Positions 1-9,001 of a DNA stretch of 13,500 nt are shown here, piece after piece. Both the position numbers and the translations under genes were made by a program. Source of the DNA: a virus (lineage: Duplodnaviria; Heunggongvirae; Uroviricota; Caudoviricetes). The stretch lies in the IMG/VR virus record IMGVR_UViG_3300032293_000813, positions 151,000-164,499 of that record. One strand, 5' to 3'. A model generated the notes under the pieces. The model had not been told where the DNA came from, did no database searches, and saw nothing but the letters and a program-made list of their open reading frames with translations. The first letter of the stretch is position 1. Each line of letters opens with the position of its first letter.

Positions 1-1190
<1,190 letters not shown>

Positions 1191-1195
1191 TTAGT

Positions 1196-1471
1196 TTAAA
1201 TAATTGCAAAAATATCACTTTCTTTTAATAAAAGAAATTTATCACCATCTAATTCAATTTCAGTACCTCCGTATTTTCCGAATAGAACTATATCACCAAC
1301 TTTAACTGTCATTGATTCATCTTTTCTACCATTACCTACGGCTACTACTTCTCCTTGTTGTGGTTTGTCTTGTGCAGTGTCAGGAATAATAATTCCACCT
1401 GCAGTTTTTTCAGCTTTCTCTGCTGGTTTCACGATAACTCTGTCGTGCAAAGGTGTTACGTTTACGCTCAT
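1196..1471 (-). CDS. groES: Co-chaperonin GroES (Cpn10)
   Basis: [49 protein letters not shown] motifs; directly upstream of groEL. Confidence 0.98.
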   Translation of the reverse strand: MSVNVTPLHDRVIVKPAEKAEKTAGGIIIPDTAQDKPQQGEVVAVGNGRKDESMTVKVGDIVLFGKYGGTEIELDGDKFLLLKESDIFAII

Positions 1472-1531
1472 AATTTTTATTTGTTTTTGTTTAATATATT
1501 ATATTCAATTACCATACCATCGTATCTATGA

Positions 1532-1544
1532 TGACAGATTGTCA
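1532..1544. promoter_or_regulatory. Palindromic operator-like site TGACA-GAT-TGTCA in the groES leader
   Basis: Perfect 5-3-5 inverted repeat just downstream of the predicted groES promoter; function inferred only. Confidence 0.45.
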
Positions 1545-1555
1545 GTATATTTGTA

Positions 1556-1587
1556 CAAAGATACGAAAAGTTTTTTAATTATCCAAA
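1556..1587 (-). promoter_or_regulatory. Bacteroidota-type primary-sigma promoter for groES-groEL
   Basis: Minus strand TTTG (1587-1584), 20-nt spacer, TATCTTTG (1563-1556); matches the established -33 TTTG / -7 TAnnTTTG consensus. Confidence 0.75.
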
Positions 1588-1588
1588 T

Positions 1589-2131
1589 TTATATCAATCT
1601 ATTAATACTATCTTTCTTAAAATCAACTATCATATGAATTCGCTCCACATTTGAATCATTGATAACTCCATGCTTTTCACCACCATTGTTTATCTCCCAT
1701 ATCTCCCCAACCTTTAGGTGTTTACTCTCTCCACCAACCGTAAATATACACCCTTCATTAGTCTGTAATGGTATATGTGTTCTATTGTGTGTTTCCAATG
1801 AGCCTCCATAATCAATATGCGTAGGAACTTTACTGAAAGGTGGCATACTAACTATTTCTATTCGTATGATATTACCCACTCCTAATATACTATTATATAA
1901 TATGTTTAATTCATCAACATCAGTTTCAAATATATTATAGAACTTAGACCTATTTCCTATAAATGCTGAATACTCTTCATCATATAATATGGGTATAGTT
2001 TTAGTCTTTCTATGCACTTCATATGTATCTTGTCTAAATGTATAAGCATTCCAATCCTCATCGGTTAGAGTGTTTAACTTATTCATCCAATGTTCTATGT
2101 TATAGTTTCCTAAAAATATAAAGTTATCCAT
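1589..2131 (-). CDS. Aspartyl/asparaginyl beta-hydroxylase-like 2OG-Fe(II) oxygenase (cupin fold)
   Basis: H-x-D motif (THIDYG), RTHIPLQTN, distal His in KHGVIN, RIHMIVD; pattern typical of this family. Confidence 0.75.
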   Translation of the reverse strand: MDNFIFLGNYNIEHWMNKLNTLTDEDWNAYTFRQDTYEVHRKTKTIPILYDEEYSAFIGNRSKFYNIFETDVDELNILYNSILGVGNIIRIEIVSMPPFSKVPTHIDYGGSLETHNRTHIPLQTNEGCIFTVGGESKHLKVGEIWEINNGGEKHGVINDSNVERIHMIVDFKKDSINRLI

Positions 2132-3332
2132 CGATATCTTTTCTAAAAGGTTTTGACCATTTTGGTTTAATTAATTTCCAAATGATATCATCATGTGGTT
2201 TCTTATCCCACATTGAAAATAATATAGGTCGTAATACATCCTGTTGCTTCATAACAAATTCAGCAAACTCTTTCTTAGTTGGCTCCGGGTCTACATCACC
2301 ATACTTACCATATCGGAATCCATCATGCAACTTACCGGCTCTTTCGCTGATATGAAAGAAACTATATCTCAAATTCATAGCAACCCGCTTTACCCAATCA
2401 TCAAACTCATCGGGTACTCTTTCTAAGAACTCATTCATATCACCTTTGGTTCTTAACACCTCCCATATATCAGTAGTTGAAAAGTTGGTAAGGATTCTAT
2501 GTAATCGAACATACTCATCACCTTTGATTTTCATTCTCATTCCATTTCTGAAACGGATAACATATCCTTCTTTGGCATTTGATATCTCCCTTTTCAATAC
2601 ATCAAATCCTTCACCAAAAGTATTGTATTTCGTAACCAAAGGAATACCTGTTACTTCTGATTCATTACACATTGTAACATAATCCAATTCCTCTCCGCTA
2701 TCAGTTCTAATAATACCTAACAATACTAATTTTTCATCACTACCATAATCTAATACTATACGATTTTCAGGATAAATGATTTCAAATAAGTAAGTATAAT
2801 TTTCCATCAACTGAGTAACATTATATGTATTCAATAACTCTCTAGCCTTTACAGATTGCTCTGATGTAAACGAACCTCTAGTTGCTACATGCCATTCTCC
2901 TTTTGTTGTCGGAGTTGGATGAAAATATGGGTCATCAAAGTCCGGAACAATATCTTCATAATATTCCATACCGGTTTCATAGTTACCATTGAACCATAAT
3001 CTATACCTTTCACTATATGTTAATTCTCTCTCATAATAAAAGCATATACCTAACGAACCATCCATTTTCTCATACACATCAAAGTACTCATTTGGAATTT
3101 CATCCGCAGTATGCTCTTCGTAGTTAAAGAATTTAGGGAATGGTTTAGCGATTACATTACCTTCGTTATCTAATACCAACCCTCTACAATTTAAGGTAAT
3201 ATCATCCCACATCTCGCCATATTGACAAGAACGTGAATAGTTGTAGATTGATAAAGGCAAAGTTGGGTGAACTTGCTTTATTACCAATCCTCTTTCTATG
3301 TAATCATTCAATATGTTTAAATCGTATTTCAT
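2124..3332 (-). CDS. T4 Rnl1-like ATP-dependent RNA ligase
   Basis: CRGLVLD, PFPKFFNYEE, motif I EKMDGSLG, ATRGSF, TYLFEII, EGYVIRF, MKIKGDEY. Start placed at ATG 3332 (MKYDL) rather than 3380 because a small upstream ORF ends at 3337. Confidence 0.88.
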   Translation of the reverse strand: MKYDLNILNDYIERGLVIKQVHPTLPLSIYNYSRSCQYGEMWDDITLNCRGLVLDNEGNVIAKPFPKFFNYEEHTADEIPNEYFDVYEKMDGSLGICFYYERELTYSERYRLWFNGNYETGMEYYEDIVPDFDDPYFHPTPTTKGEWHVATRGSFTSEQSVKARELLNTYNVTQLMENYTYLFEIIYPENRIVLDYGSDEKLVLLGIIRTDSGEELDYVTMCNESEVTGIPLVTKYNTFGEGFDVLKREISNAKEGYVIRFRNGMRMKIKGDEYVRLHRILTNFSTTDIWEVLRTKGDMNEFLERVPDEFDDWVKRVAMNLRYSFFHISERAGKLHDGFRYGKYGDVDPEPTKKEFAEFVMKQQDVLRPILFSMWDKKPHDDIIWKLIKPKWSKPFRKDIDG

Positions 3333-3336
3333 TTTT

Positions 3337-3432
3337 TTAAAATTTACCCCATTGGGATTTATCTCTATTTTGTTCTGCAATCTTAAATCCTAATAGGATA
3401 TCATTAAAGAATTGCTTGATTTTTTTTATCAT
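3337..3432 (-). CDS. Small 31-aa hypothetical protein MIKKIKQFFNDILLGFKIAEQNRDKSQWGKF
   Basis: ATG overlaps the kinase stop (ATGA overlap at 3429-3432); its TAA ends 4 nt before the ligase ATG; exactly fills the gap. Confidence 0.5.
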   Translation of the reverse strand: MIKKIKQFFNDILLGFKIAEQNRDKSQWGKF

Positions 3433-3845
3433 AATTTTATATTAAATCTATTTTTCATTTGTTCTAACTTATCAGCAGGAACTCCATGTTGATTTACTCC
3501 ACCATGTCTATTCTCTACAATAATAGTGAATATCATATAACCATATTTTTCTGCTAACTTAAAATATTCTTCCATCTCCCACTCTTGAGTAAATGTATTT
3601 GATACTACAATCTCTGGATAGAATTGTGGATTGACTTCGTTATCTTTCATTCTGATTTCCACTTGTTCTTTACACCACTTATGTGCATCTTTTATTTTAG
3701 AACCATCAAAATTATAGTTCCCTTCTTTATCATAAAAGAATTTATCTGCTTCACAAATTGCGTAATCGTTCCAAATGAAACCTGCTAATGTTGATTTACC
3801 ACTTCCTGGCAATCCTCTTACTAATGTTAATACTTTTGGTATCAT
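3429..3845 (-). CDS. P-loop kinase (AAA_33 / polynucleotide 5'-kinase-like)
   Basis: Walker A RGLPGSGKST, EADKFF, VVSNTF, HGVP..KL..M..RF C-terminal motif. Start placed at ATG 3845 (MIPKV) to avoid overlap with the upstream gene. Confidence 0.8.
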   Translation of the reverse strand: MIPKVLTLVRGLPGSGKSTLAGFIWNDYAICEADKFFYDKEGNYNFDGSKIKDAHKWCKEQVEIRMKDNEVNPQFYPEIVVSNTFTQEWEMEEYFKLAEKYGYMIFTIIVENRHGGVNQHGVPADKLEQMKNRFNIKL

Positions 3846-3858
3846 AACTTTTATTTTT

Positions 3859-4170
3859 TTATAATTGACCTCCCAATAATGCTTCATTCATATTCTTAGC
3901 ATCATATTCTTTTACTAATTTATTTATTTTTTCTTCTATACCATTTGAAATTATAGTTTCTAATGAGTTAGGCATATCAGTATTGAAATAAAATCTAGAC
4001 ATATTAAATTTCAATTTTATTTGAGAATATTTAAAACCAGGAATAGTTACCAATCCTTTATCAAATATACTATCTAAGTATTCTGTTACTGATGGGATGT
4101 TTATATCCAATCCGTAATGTCCTTCTTCTAAATAATCTTTATACTTTTTGTTGAATTCTTGTGTTGTCAT
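3859..4170 (-). CDS. Hypothetical protein (103 aa)
   Basis: Tightly packed ORF; SQIKLKFNMSRFY resembles a QIKEKF..LRFY-type motif I associate with phage hypothetical proteins. Confidence 0.65.
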   Translation of the reverse strand: MTTQEFNKKYKDYLEEGHYGLDINIPSVTEYLDSIFDKGLVTIPGFKYSQIKLKFNMSRFYFNTDMPNSLETIISNGIEEKINKLVKEYDAKNMNEALLGGQL

Positions 4171-4176
4171 CTATCT

Positions 4177-4428
4177 TTATTTATTTAAAAACCATTTTCC
4201 AAATGTAAATATTGTTTTCCAACTACCCAATATTAATAACATAGGTATTATAATCGGCCAAAATATAGAGAATGCAGTAAATGCTTGTTCATTGCTATCC
4301 CAGTCATCCCAACCATGTAGTTCATTTTCTTTTTTATTATAATTAAATCCAATTTTCACTCCAAAGTATTTGAAAAATGTTAGTGTTAAGAAAAATCCTA
4401 TTATGTATATTGTTATTATTGTTATCAT
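4177..4428 (-). CDS. Small membrane protein (two hydrophobic segments)
   Basis: Hydrophobic N-terminus and FTAFSIFWPIIIPMLLILG segment; ATGA overlap with the upstream ORF. Confidence 0.65.
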   Translation of the reverse strand: MITIITIYIIGFFLTLTFFKYFGVKIGFNYNKKENELHGWDDWDSNEQAFTAFSIFWPIIIPMLLILGSWKTIFTFGKWFLNK

Positions 4429-4637
4429 ATATTATTCCATTTATTTGCAAAGGTGATATCAGTTTTAAGTAGATAATCAAACTCTTCTATTTTTAATATT
4501 CTATATTTTCCGGTAGAGTCTTCCACCAACCAATTATCATAAAGCCAATCATCTAAATCACCTACATCTGATTTTCTCCATAGTTCGTCCATTCCGTTAC
4601 CATAGTTATCATATAGTGTTTCTAATGCTGTTTTCAT
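4425..4637 (-). CDS. Hypothetical protein (70 aa, acidic)
   Basis: ORF packed between neighbours, with a 4-nt overlap at 4425-4428. Confidence 0.6.
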   Translation of the reverse strand: MKTALETLYDNYGNGMDELWRKSDVGDLDDWLYDNWLVEDSTGKYRILKIEEFDYLLKTDITFANKWNNI

Positions 4638-4642
4638 GTATT

Positions 4643-5296
4643 TTATTTATAATTTTCGGTTATTTCGTGATGGTCTTTACTGAATAAACTTTTTACAGGT
4701 CTATCCCTCATAATAGATAATATCTCACTCATATCAATTGGATACAAATCATTACCTTCACATCCCACATCCATCATCTTACCTTCTTGCAATCTCATTG
4801 ATGGGTCAAAGTGAACGTGCCCATGCAAATGTATTGCACCTCTTGCCATATTATCCCAACTTGCTATTGGAAAGTGCATTAGAGCAAATCTTACATCACC
4901 TTGCAATGGAGTACCAACATTATACTTTACAACCAAATCTAAATATTTGTTTACTGAACTGAATAAAGATTGAACTCCATCTTTGTTGTTACCAATATGA
5001 TGGTCGTGATTACCTAGTATTAAGTGAATGTTTTTACATACCAATTGGTCTCTGAACTTTTGTATAGATTCAAAGCCACCAAAACTCCAATCACCTAAAT
5101 GAAATAAGATGTCATCTTGTCCAACTTTCTCATTGATATTACATACCAATGTGTTGTTCATATGCTCCAACGATTTGAAATCCCTTAATGTTACAGGGTT
5201 AGTCCACTTTGTTGTAGATGAACAAATGTTATCGTGGTTATAGTGTGTATCACTAGTGAACCACAATCTTTGACCTTTATTTAAGTTTATTTTCAT
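4643..5296 (-). CDS. Calcineurin-like metallophosphoesterase
   Basis: All five metal motifs: SDTH, LGD, GNHD, MHFP, HGHVH. Confidence 0.9.
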   Translation of the reverse strand: MKINLNKGQRLWFTSDTHYNHDNICSSTTKWTNPVTLRDFKSLEHMNNTLVCNINEKVGQDDILFHLGDWSFGGFESIQKFRDQLVCKNIHLILGNHDHHIGNNKDGVQSLFSSVNKYLDLVVKYNVGTPLQGDVRFALMHFPIASWDNMARGAIHLHGHVHFDPSMRLQEGKMMDVGCEGNDLYPIDMSEILSIMRDRPVKSLFSKDHHEITENYK

Positions 5297-6402
5297 TATT
5301 CGTATTCTTCTCTGTTAATATTAATTACATATGGGAAACGAGGAATACCATCCGGTGTTAAATTGAAGTACTGAATAGTAGCAGATTTACCAATTAACTT
5401 ACTCTTACTTTTTAGTATCTCTGCTCCTTCTTCCCAACTACACTTAACGTTTGATTTAAACCTCTTGCCTTCGATTTCAAACACCATATAACCCACCTGG
5501 CCGGTCTTATTACCTTCACCCTCACATATATCTAAGATGGGAAATTCACTATCCTGAAACGATTTATGCTTCAATAGGAACTTACTTCTCTTATTTTCAT
5601 AAAGACCGTTTAGTCGTAAGATTTGCCCCTCATATCCCTTCTCTACATATCCTTCATACAACTCCATTACTTCTTTCTCACTTCTACACACATCAGTATC
5701 AACATTTATACAATGTGAATTAAAGTAACTCCATTCTGTAAATAGATTATATAGAGATTGACTTCTGATTTCAAATGTATCATCTACGCTTGGTAAATCA
5801 TATATCCAATACTGAATATTCTTTTTACTTTCCGCCAAATCTTCCGCAGTTGGCTTAGTTCGTTTTACTAATGATACAATCTTATTAAAATCATTAGCAA
5901 ACTTATCAGCATATAACTCACCATCAAATATCAATTGAGGATTAGTTTCAAATAGGGGTTTCAATGAATTAAAGATGTGTGGTGCTGAAATGATTACTTT
6001 ACCATTACGACTAAACATTCCTTCACTTGTCACAATACATCTAATACCATCTAATTTTGGTTGTGAGAATATTGGGTAAGCAATCTTATCTTTACTATCT
6101 TCCCACTTACTCGCCAACATTGGTTCAAAGTATTGTTGTTCGTTGATGTTATTTATATCTTCGAAGTAACCACTTTCTAACTTCTTAGTTCTTTTTGCTA
6201 CCGCTTCCGCTAATGCCTGTTCTTCATCAGTAGTTGAATTTGCTCTACCTACATTCTTACCAAAACAAACTGTCCATTCATTGGTAGATATTACACCACC
6301 AACTTGTCCACTATGTGTTCGGTATTTATTACCTTCAACTTCGATACTCCACTCCTGCGTAGCACCTGTTTTTGTTTTCTTATATATTGTTTGTAACTTC
6401 AT
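5296..6402 (-). CDS. ATP-dependent DNA ligase with N-terminal extension
   Basis: Motif I QPKLDGIRC, FDGELY, YWIYDLP, GYEGQILR, LLKHK, C-terminal OB-fold motif TIQYFNLTPDGIPRFP. Confidence 0.92.
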   Translation of the reverse strand: MKLQTIYKKTKTGATQEWSIEVEGNKYRTHSGQVGGVISTNEWTVCFGKNVGRANSTTDEEQALAEAVAKRTKKLESGYFEDINNINEQQYFEPMLASKWEDSKDKIAYPIFSQPKLDGIRCIVTSEGMFSRNGKVIISAPHIFNSLKPLFETNPQLIFDGELYADKFANDFNKIVSLVKRTKPTAEDLAESKKNIQYWIYDLPSVDDTFEIRSQSLYNLFTEWSYFNSHCINVDTDVCRSEKEVMELYEGYVEKGYEGQILRLNGLYENKRSKFLLKHKSFQDSEFPILDICEGEGNKTGQVGYMVFEIEGKRFKSNVKCSWEEGAEILKSKSKLIGKSATIQYFNLTPDGIPRFPYVININREEYE

Positions 6403-6408
6403 ATTAAT

Positions 6409-6708
6409 TTAAATTGTATCAATGTATATAGGTGTACCATCCCATTGTAAATTATTCAGATACCAAACTCCTTTACTTTGTCTAATATTTACACCAGGTA
6501 ATTCATTTAATCTTTCCTTTGTAGTCTTACTATCCCACCCCGCATTTGATATCCACATTTTACCATCACTCTCTAATGCCGCTATCTTATTACCAAATAG
6601 TTTTAAATAGTATATACTTTCTTCTTTAACTACTTCCGTATTATCTTTCTTAAATGGTGTTCTATCTAAAAACTTTCGTACTGATTGTTGTGTTATTTTC
6701 TTACTCAT
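6409..6708 (-). CDS. Hypothetical phage protein
   Basis: LKLFGNKIA...GWDSKTTKERLN pattern. Start placed at ATG 6708 (MSKKIT), just after the upstream stop at 6710. Confidence 0.65.
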   Translation of the reverse strand: MSKKITQQSVRKFLDRTPFKKDNTEVVKEESIYYLKLFGNKIAALESDGKMWISNAGWDSKTTKERLNELPGVNIRQSKGVWYLNNLQWDGTPIYIDTI

Positions 6709-6709
6709 A

Positions 6710-7033
6710 TTATTTACTAATTTTAGGGTATTCAATAAAACGATTCATAACGAGTAACAATACATTAATATAATGAAGGTATTGTTTACCCTTAATATCA
6801 TCAATCATTTTGATAGTAAAAATGTGTTCATACTCACCATCATTCGGTTCACAAATATCAAACGGAACTTCACCATCATTTACAAAGTTTGGTGTGGCGT
6901 AAATAGTGATATCTCTATCCTTATCATACCATTCTAATGTACCACTAAGGTTATCATAGTATCCTACGAAAGACCCAATTACTTTAATTTCATCTAAAAT
7001 TTCCAAAGGAGAAATCCATTTACTATTACTCAT
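6710..7033 (-). CDS. Hypothetical protein (107 aa)
   Basis: ORF directly downstream of the predicted promoter at 7056-7086. Confidence 0.7.
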   Translation of the reverse strand: MSNSKWISPLEILDEIKVIGSFVGYYDNLSGTLEWYDKDRDITIYATPNFVNDGEVPFDICEPNDGEYEHIFTIKMIDDIKGKQYLHYINVLLLVMNRFIEYPKISK

Positions 7034-7055
7034 ATCTTTATCTTTTGTTACATAG

Positions 7056-7086
7056 TAAAGATACGAAATAACGTGGAACTGGCAAG
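7056..7086 (-). promoter_or_regulatory. Bacteroidota-type promoter, variant -7 box TATCTTTA
   Basis: Minus strand CTTG (7086-7083), 19-nt spacer, TATCTTTA (7063-7056); TTCGTATCTTT is shared with the promoters at 1556 and 12168. Confidence 0.65.
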
Positions 7087-7149
7087 TCTTTTACCAATTA
7101 TTTTTCAAAAAAGTGAAATATTTTTCATTGAGAATCAATGAGTTATGTA

Positions 7150-7605
7150 TTACAATTTAACCAAATGGTCTGCCGCATAGGTTGCAATAGGGCCTAAACT
7201 CTTATACCTAACAGAATAACCCATTCCTTCCACCATACCCACTGCCTGTCTGAACACTTCGTTAGATTTGTATTTAGGGTCAGGGTTAATATCAATATCA
7301 ATCCACTTAACCTTTGGTATATCGGCTTCTCTGAACTTCTCAGCTACTTCTATCGCATACCATACTTCTTGTAATAATCTAACTGAACGAACGTGCTCCC
7401 TTTGTGTTGTCCATTTATTGAATAGAACGTGTGCACCTTTACCTTTATGATATAATGCTACAACGATTGCATATATTGTTTTGTTTCCAAAGTTTTGTGA
7501 ATCACATCCAATTAGTATCTCTACATCATTGTGTGTTTCCATATACTCTTTTACATACTCTATTACATCTACTTTCTCACCGCTATATAATTTTTTATAT
7601 ATCAT
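7150..7605 (-). CDS. RNase H-like YkuK / DUF458 family protein
   Basis: IGCDSQ, RLLQEVWYAIEVA, IDINPDPKYKSN, ATYAADH; acidic residue pattern typical of this family. Confidence 0.8.
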   Translation of the reverse strand: MIYKKLYSGEKVDVIEYVKEYMETHNDVEILIGCDSQNFGNKTIYAIVVALYHKGKGAHVLFNKWTTQREHVRSVRLLQEVWYAIEVAEKFREADIPKVKWIDIDINPDPKYKSNEVFRQAVGMVEGMGYSVRYKSLGPIATYAADHLVKL

Positions 7606-7652
7606 AGCATTTGTTTTTAATGTTTCATAATTAAAACATTATGGGAAAGTCT

Positions 7653-8174
7653 TTAATATTGGATTAGAGATACTACATCTTTTCCACCAATCTTTATTTC
7701 TTTATGTAGAAATGTTAAATCAATCAATACAATAGCACCAACTACGTTATATCCTGCTGCGTTTAATAGATGCTCGGTTGCAGTTAATGTACCACCTGTT
7801 GCTAATACATCATCTACTATTATAATATCTTCATAGGTTTTTTCATTTTCCTTTACCTCTAATATATCAGTTCCATATTCTTTAGTAGCATATGTTGCAA
7901 CTTTAGGGTGTGGTAACTTTCCTTCTTTACGAATTGGAATAAATCCTAAACTATTCAATCCTGCAATTGGTGCTCCTAATAGGAATCCTCTTGCCTCTAT
8001 TCCTGCTATTAAATTAACTTCCGGAAAACTATCTGATATTAATATAGATAATTCATCTAACGCATATCCAAATGCCTTTGGGCTTGCTAATAGTGGAGTT
8101 ATATCTTTAAACCCTATTCCCTTAGATGGAAAATCCTGAACCTCTTTGATGTAATCCTTTAGATTAATTTGCAT
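7653..8174 (-). CDS. apt: Adenine phosphoribosyltransferase
   Basis: FKDITPLL, GIEARGF, RKEGKLP, EYGTD, PRPP-binding IIVDDVLATGGT. Confidence 0.92.
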   Translation of the reverse strand: MQINLKDYIKEVQDFPSKGIGFKDITPLLASPKAFGYALDELSILISDSFPEVNLIAGIEARGFLLGAPIAGLNSLGFIPIRKEGKLPHPKVATYATKEYGTDILEVKENEKTYEDIIIVDDVLATGGTLTATEHLLNAAGYNVVGAIVLIDLTFLHKEIKIGGKDVVSLIQY

Positions 8175-8177
8175 TTA

Positions 8178-8732
8178 TTATAATTTGAATGTTGGTAATA
8201 CTTTATCTTTATGTGATACTTTCATTTCTATTTCTCTCACTCCCCAATCTATATTAAGCGTTGGGTCATTATATACAATACCACCTTCTGATTCTTTGTT
8301 ATAATAGTTATCCACTTTGTAATTGAATAACGCTACTTTTGATAAAACTGAGAATCCATGCCCACATCCTTTCGGCACAAATACCATCTTACCATTCTTA
8401 TCACTTAAATCAACGGTGATATGTTTACCATAAGTTTCCGAATCATGCCTTAAATCTACAATCACATCTCTAACTAAACCATACGAACATCTAACTAACT
8501 TTGATTGTGCCCATTCTCCTTGCTGAAAATGAATACCTCTTACAACTCCATAATTAGAAAATGATTCGTTATCCTGCACAAAGGTAACGTTATGACCTAA
8601 TGTAAGTTTTAATACATCTTCAAACACATCTTTAACATAAGGTGTTGAAAAGTATCCCCTCTCATCTTTATAGATTTCAGGCTTTACAATGAAACAATCT
8701 TTGATTTTGGTTTTCTCTAATTTGTATTCCAT
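8178..8732 (-). CDS. rmlC: dTDP-4-dehydrorhamnose 3,5-epimerase
   Basis: DERGYF, FVQDNESFS..GVVRGIHFQ, KLVRC, DVIVDLR, VPKGCGHGF, YKVDNYY, YNDPTLNIDW, S.KD. Confidence 0.93.
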   Translation of the reverse strand: MEYKLEKTKIKDCFIVKPEIYKDERGYFSTPYVKDVFEDVLKLTLGHNVTFVQDNESFSNYGVVRGIHFQQGEWAQSKLVRCSYGLVRDVIVDLRHDSETYGKHITVDLSDKNGKMVFVPKGCGHGFSVLSKVALFNYKVDNYYNKESEGGIVYNDPTLNIDWGVREIEMKVSHKDKVLPTFKL

Positions 8733-8748
8733 AACTATTTTTAATTTG

Positions 8749-8896
8749 CTGTAAGAGATGGATTCGAACCACCACGATGCGATTCAGTAAGTAACACTTT
8801 GCCGGCCGGCTGGTGGTCTACCCCATATTACTTACCTATTTCGTGCTCATCACCCCCGAGACAGGAGGGCTTGTCTGCCAATTTCAACACCTTACA
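8749..8896 (-). ncRNA. tRNA-like RNA with GUC anticodon and 79-nt branched variable arm
   Basis: Acceptor TGTAAGG/TCTTACA + G73; class II-type D arm TTG-AAATTGGCAGA-CAA; anticodon arm CCCTC-CTGTCTC-GGGGG; T arm GGTGG-TTCGAAT-CCATC; insert 8774-8852. Confidence 0.75.
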
Positions 8897-8901
8897 CTTT
8901 G

Positions 8902-8986
8902 CGGAGAAACAGGGATTCGAACCCCAGATACCTTTCAGTATGCCGGTTTTCAAGACCGGTGCATTCAACCACTCTGCCATTTCTCC
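8902..8986 (-). tRNA. tRNA-Ser(TGA)
   Basis: GGAGAAA/TTTCTCC acceptor, CCGGT-CTTGAAA-ACCGG, long variable arm, TTCGAAT loop, G73. Confidence 0.95.
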
Positions 8987-9001
8987 TAATATCGTTAGAT
9001 A

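Noticed and set aside
1546-1553. Plus-strand TATATTTG, a second -7 box back-to-back with the groES promoter (TTTGTACAAA palindrome)
   Set aside because: No TTTG at the expected upstream spacing and it would only give antisense RNA; likely a by-product of the palindrome.
7617-7645. AATGTTT/AAACATT hairpin between apt and the DUF458 gene as a terminator
   Set aside because: AT-only stem without a clean U-tract; too weak to call.
8821-8870. Self-splicing intron as the explanation of the enlarged tRNA-like RNA
   Set aside because: The insert is only 79 nt, lies in the variable region rather than the anticodon loop, and shows no group I/II core or bulge-helix-bulge junction.
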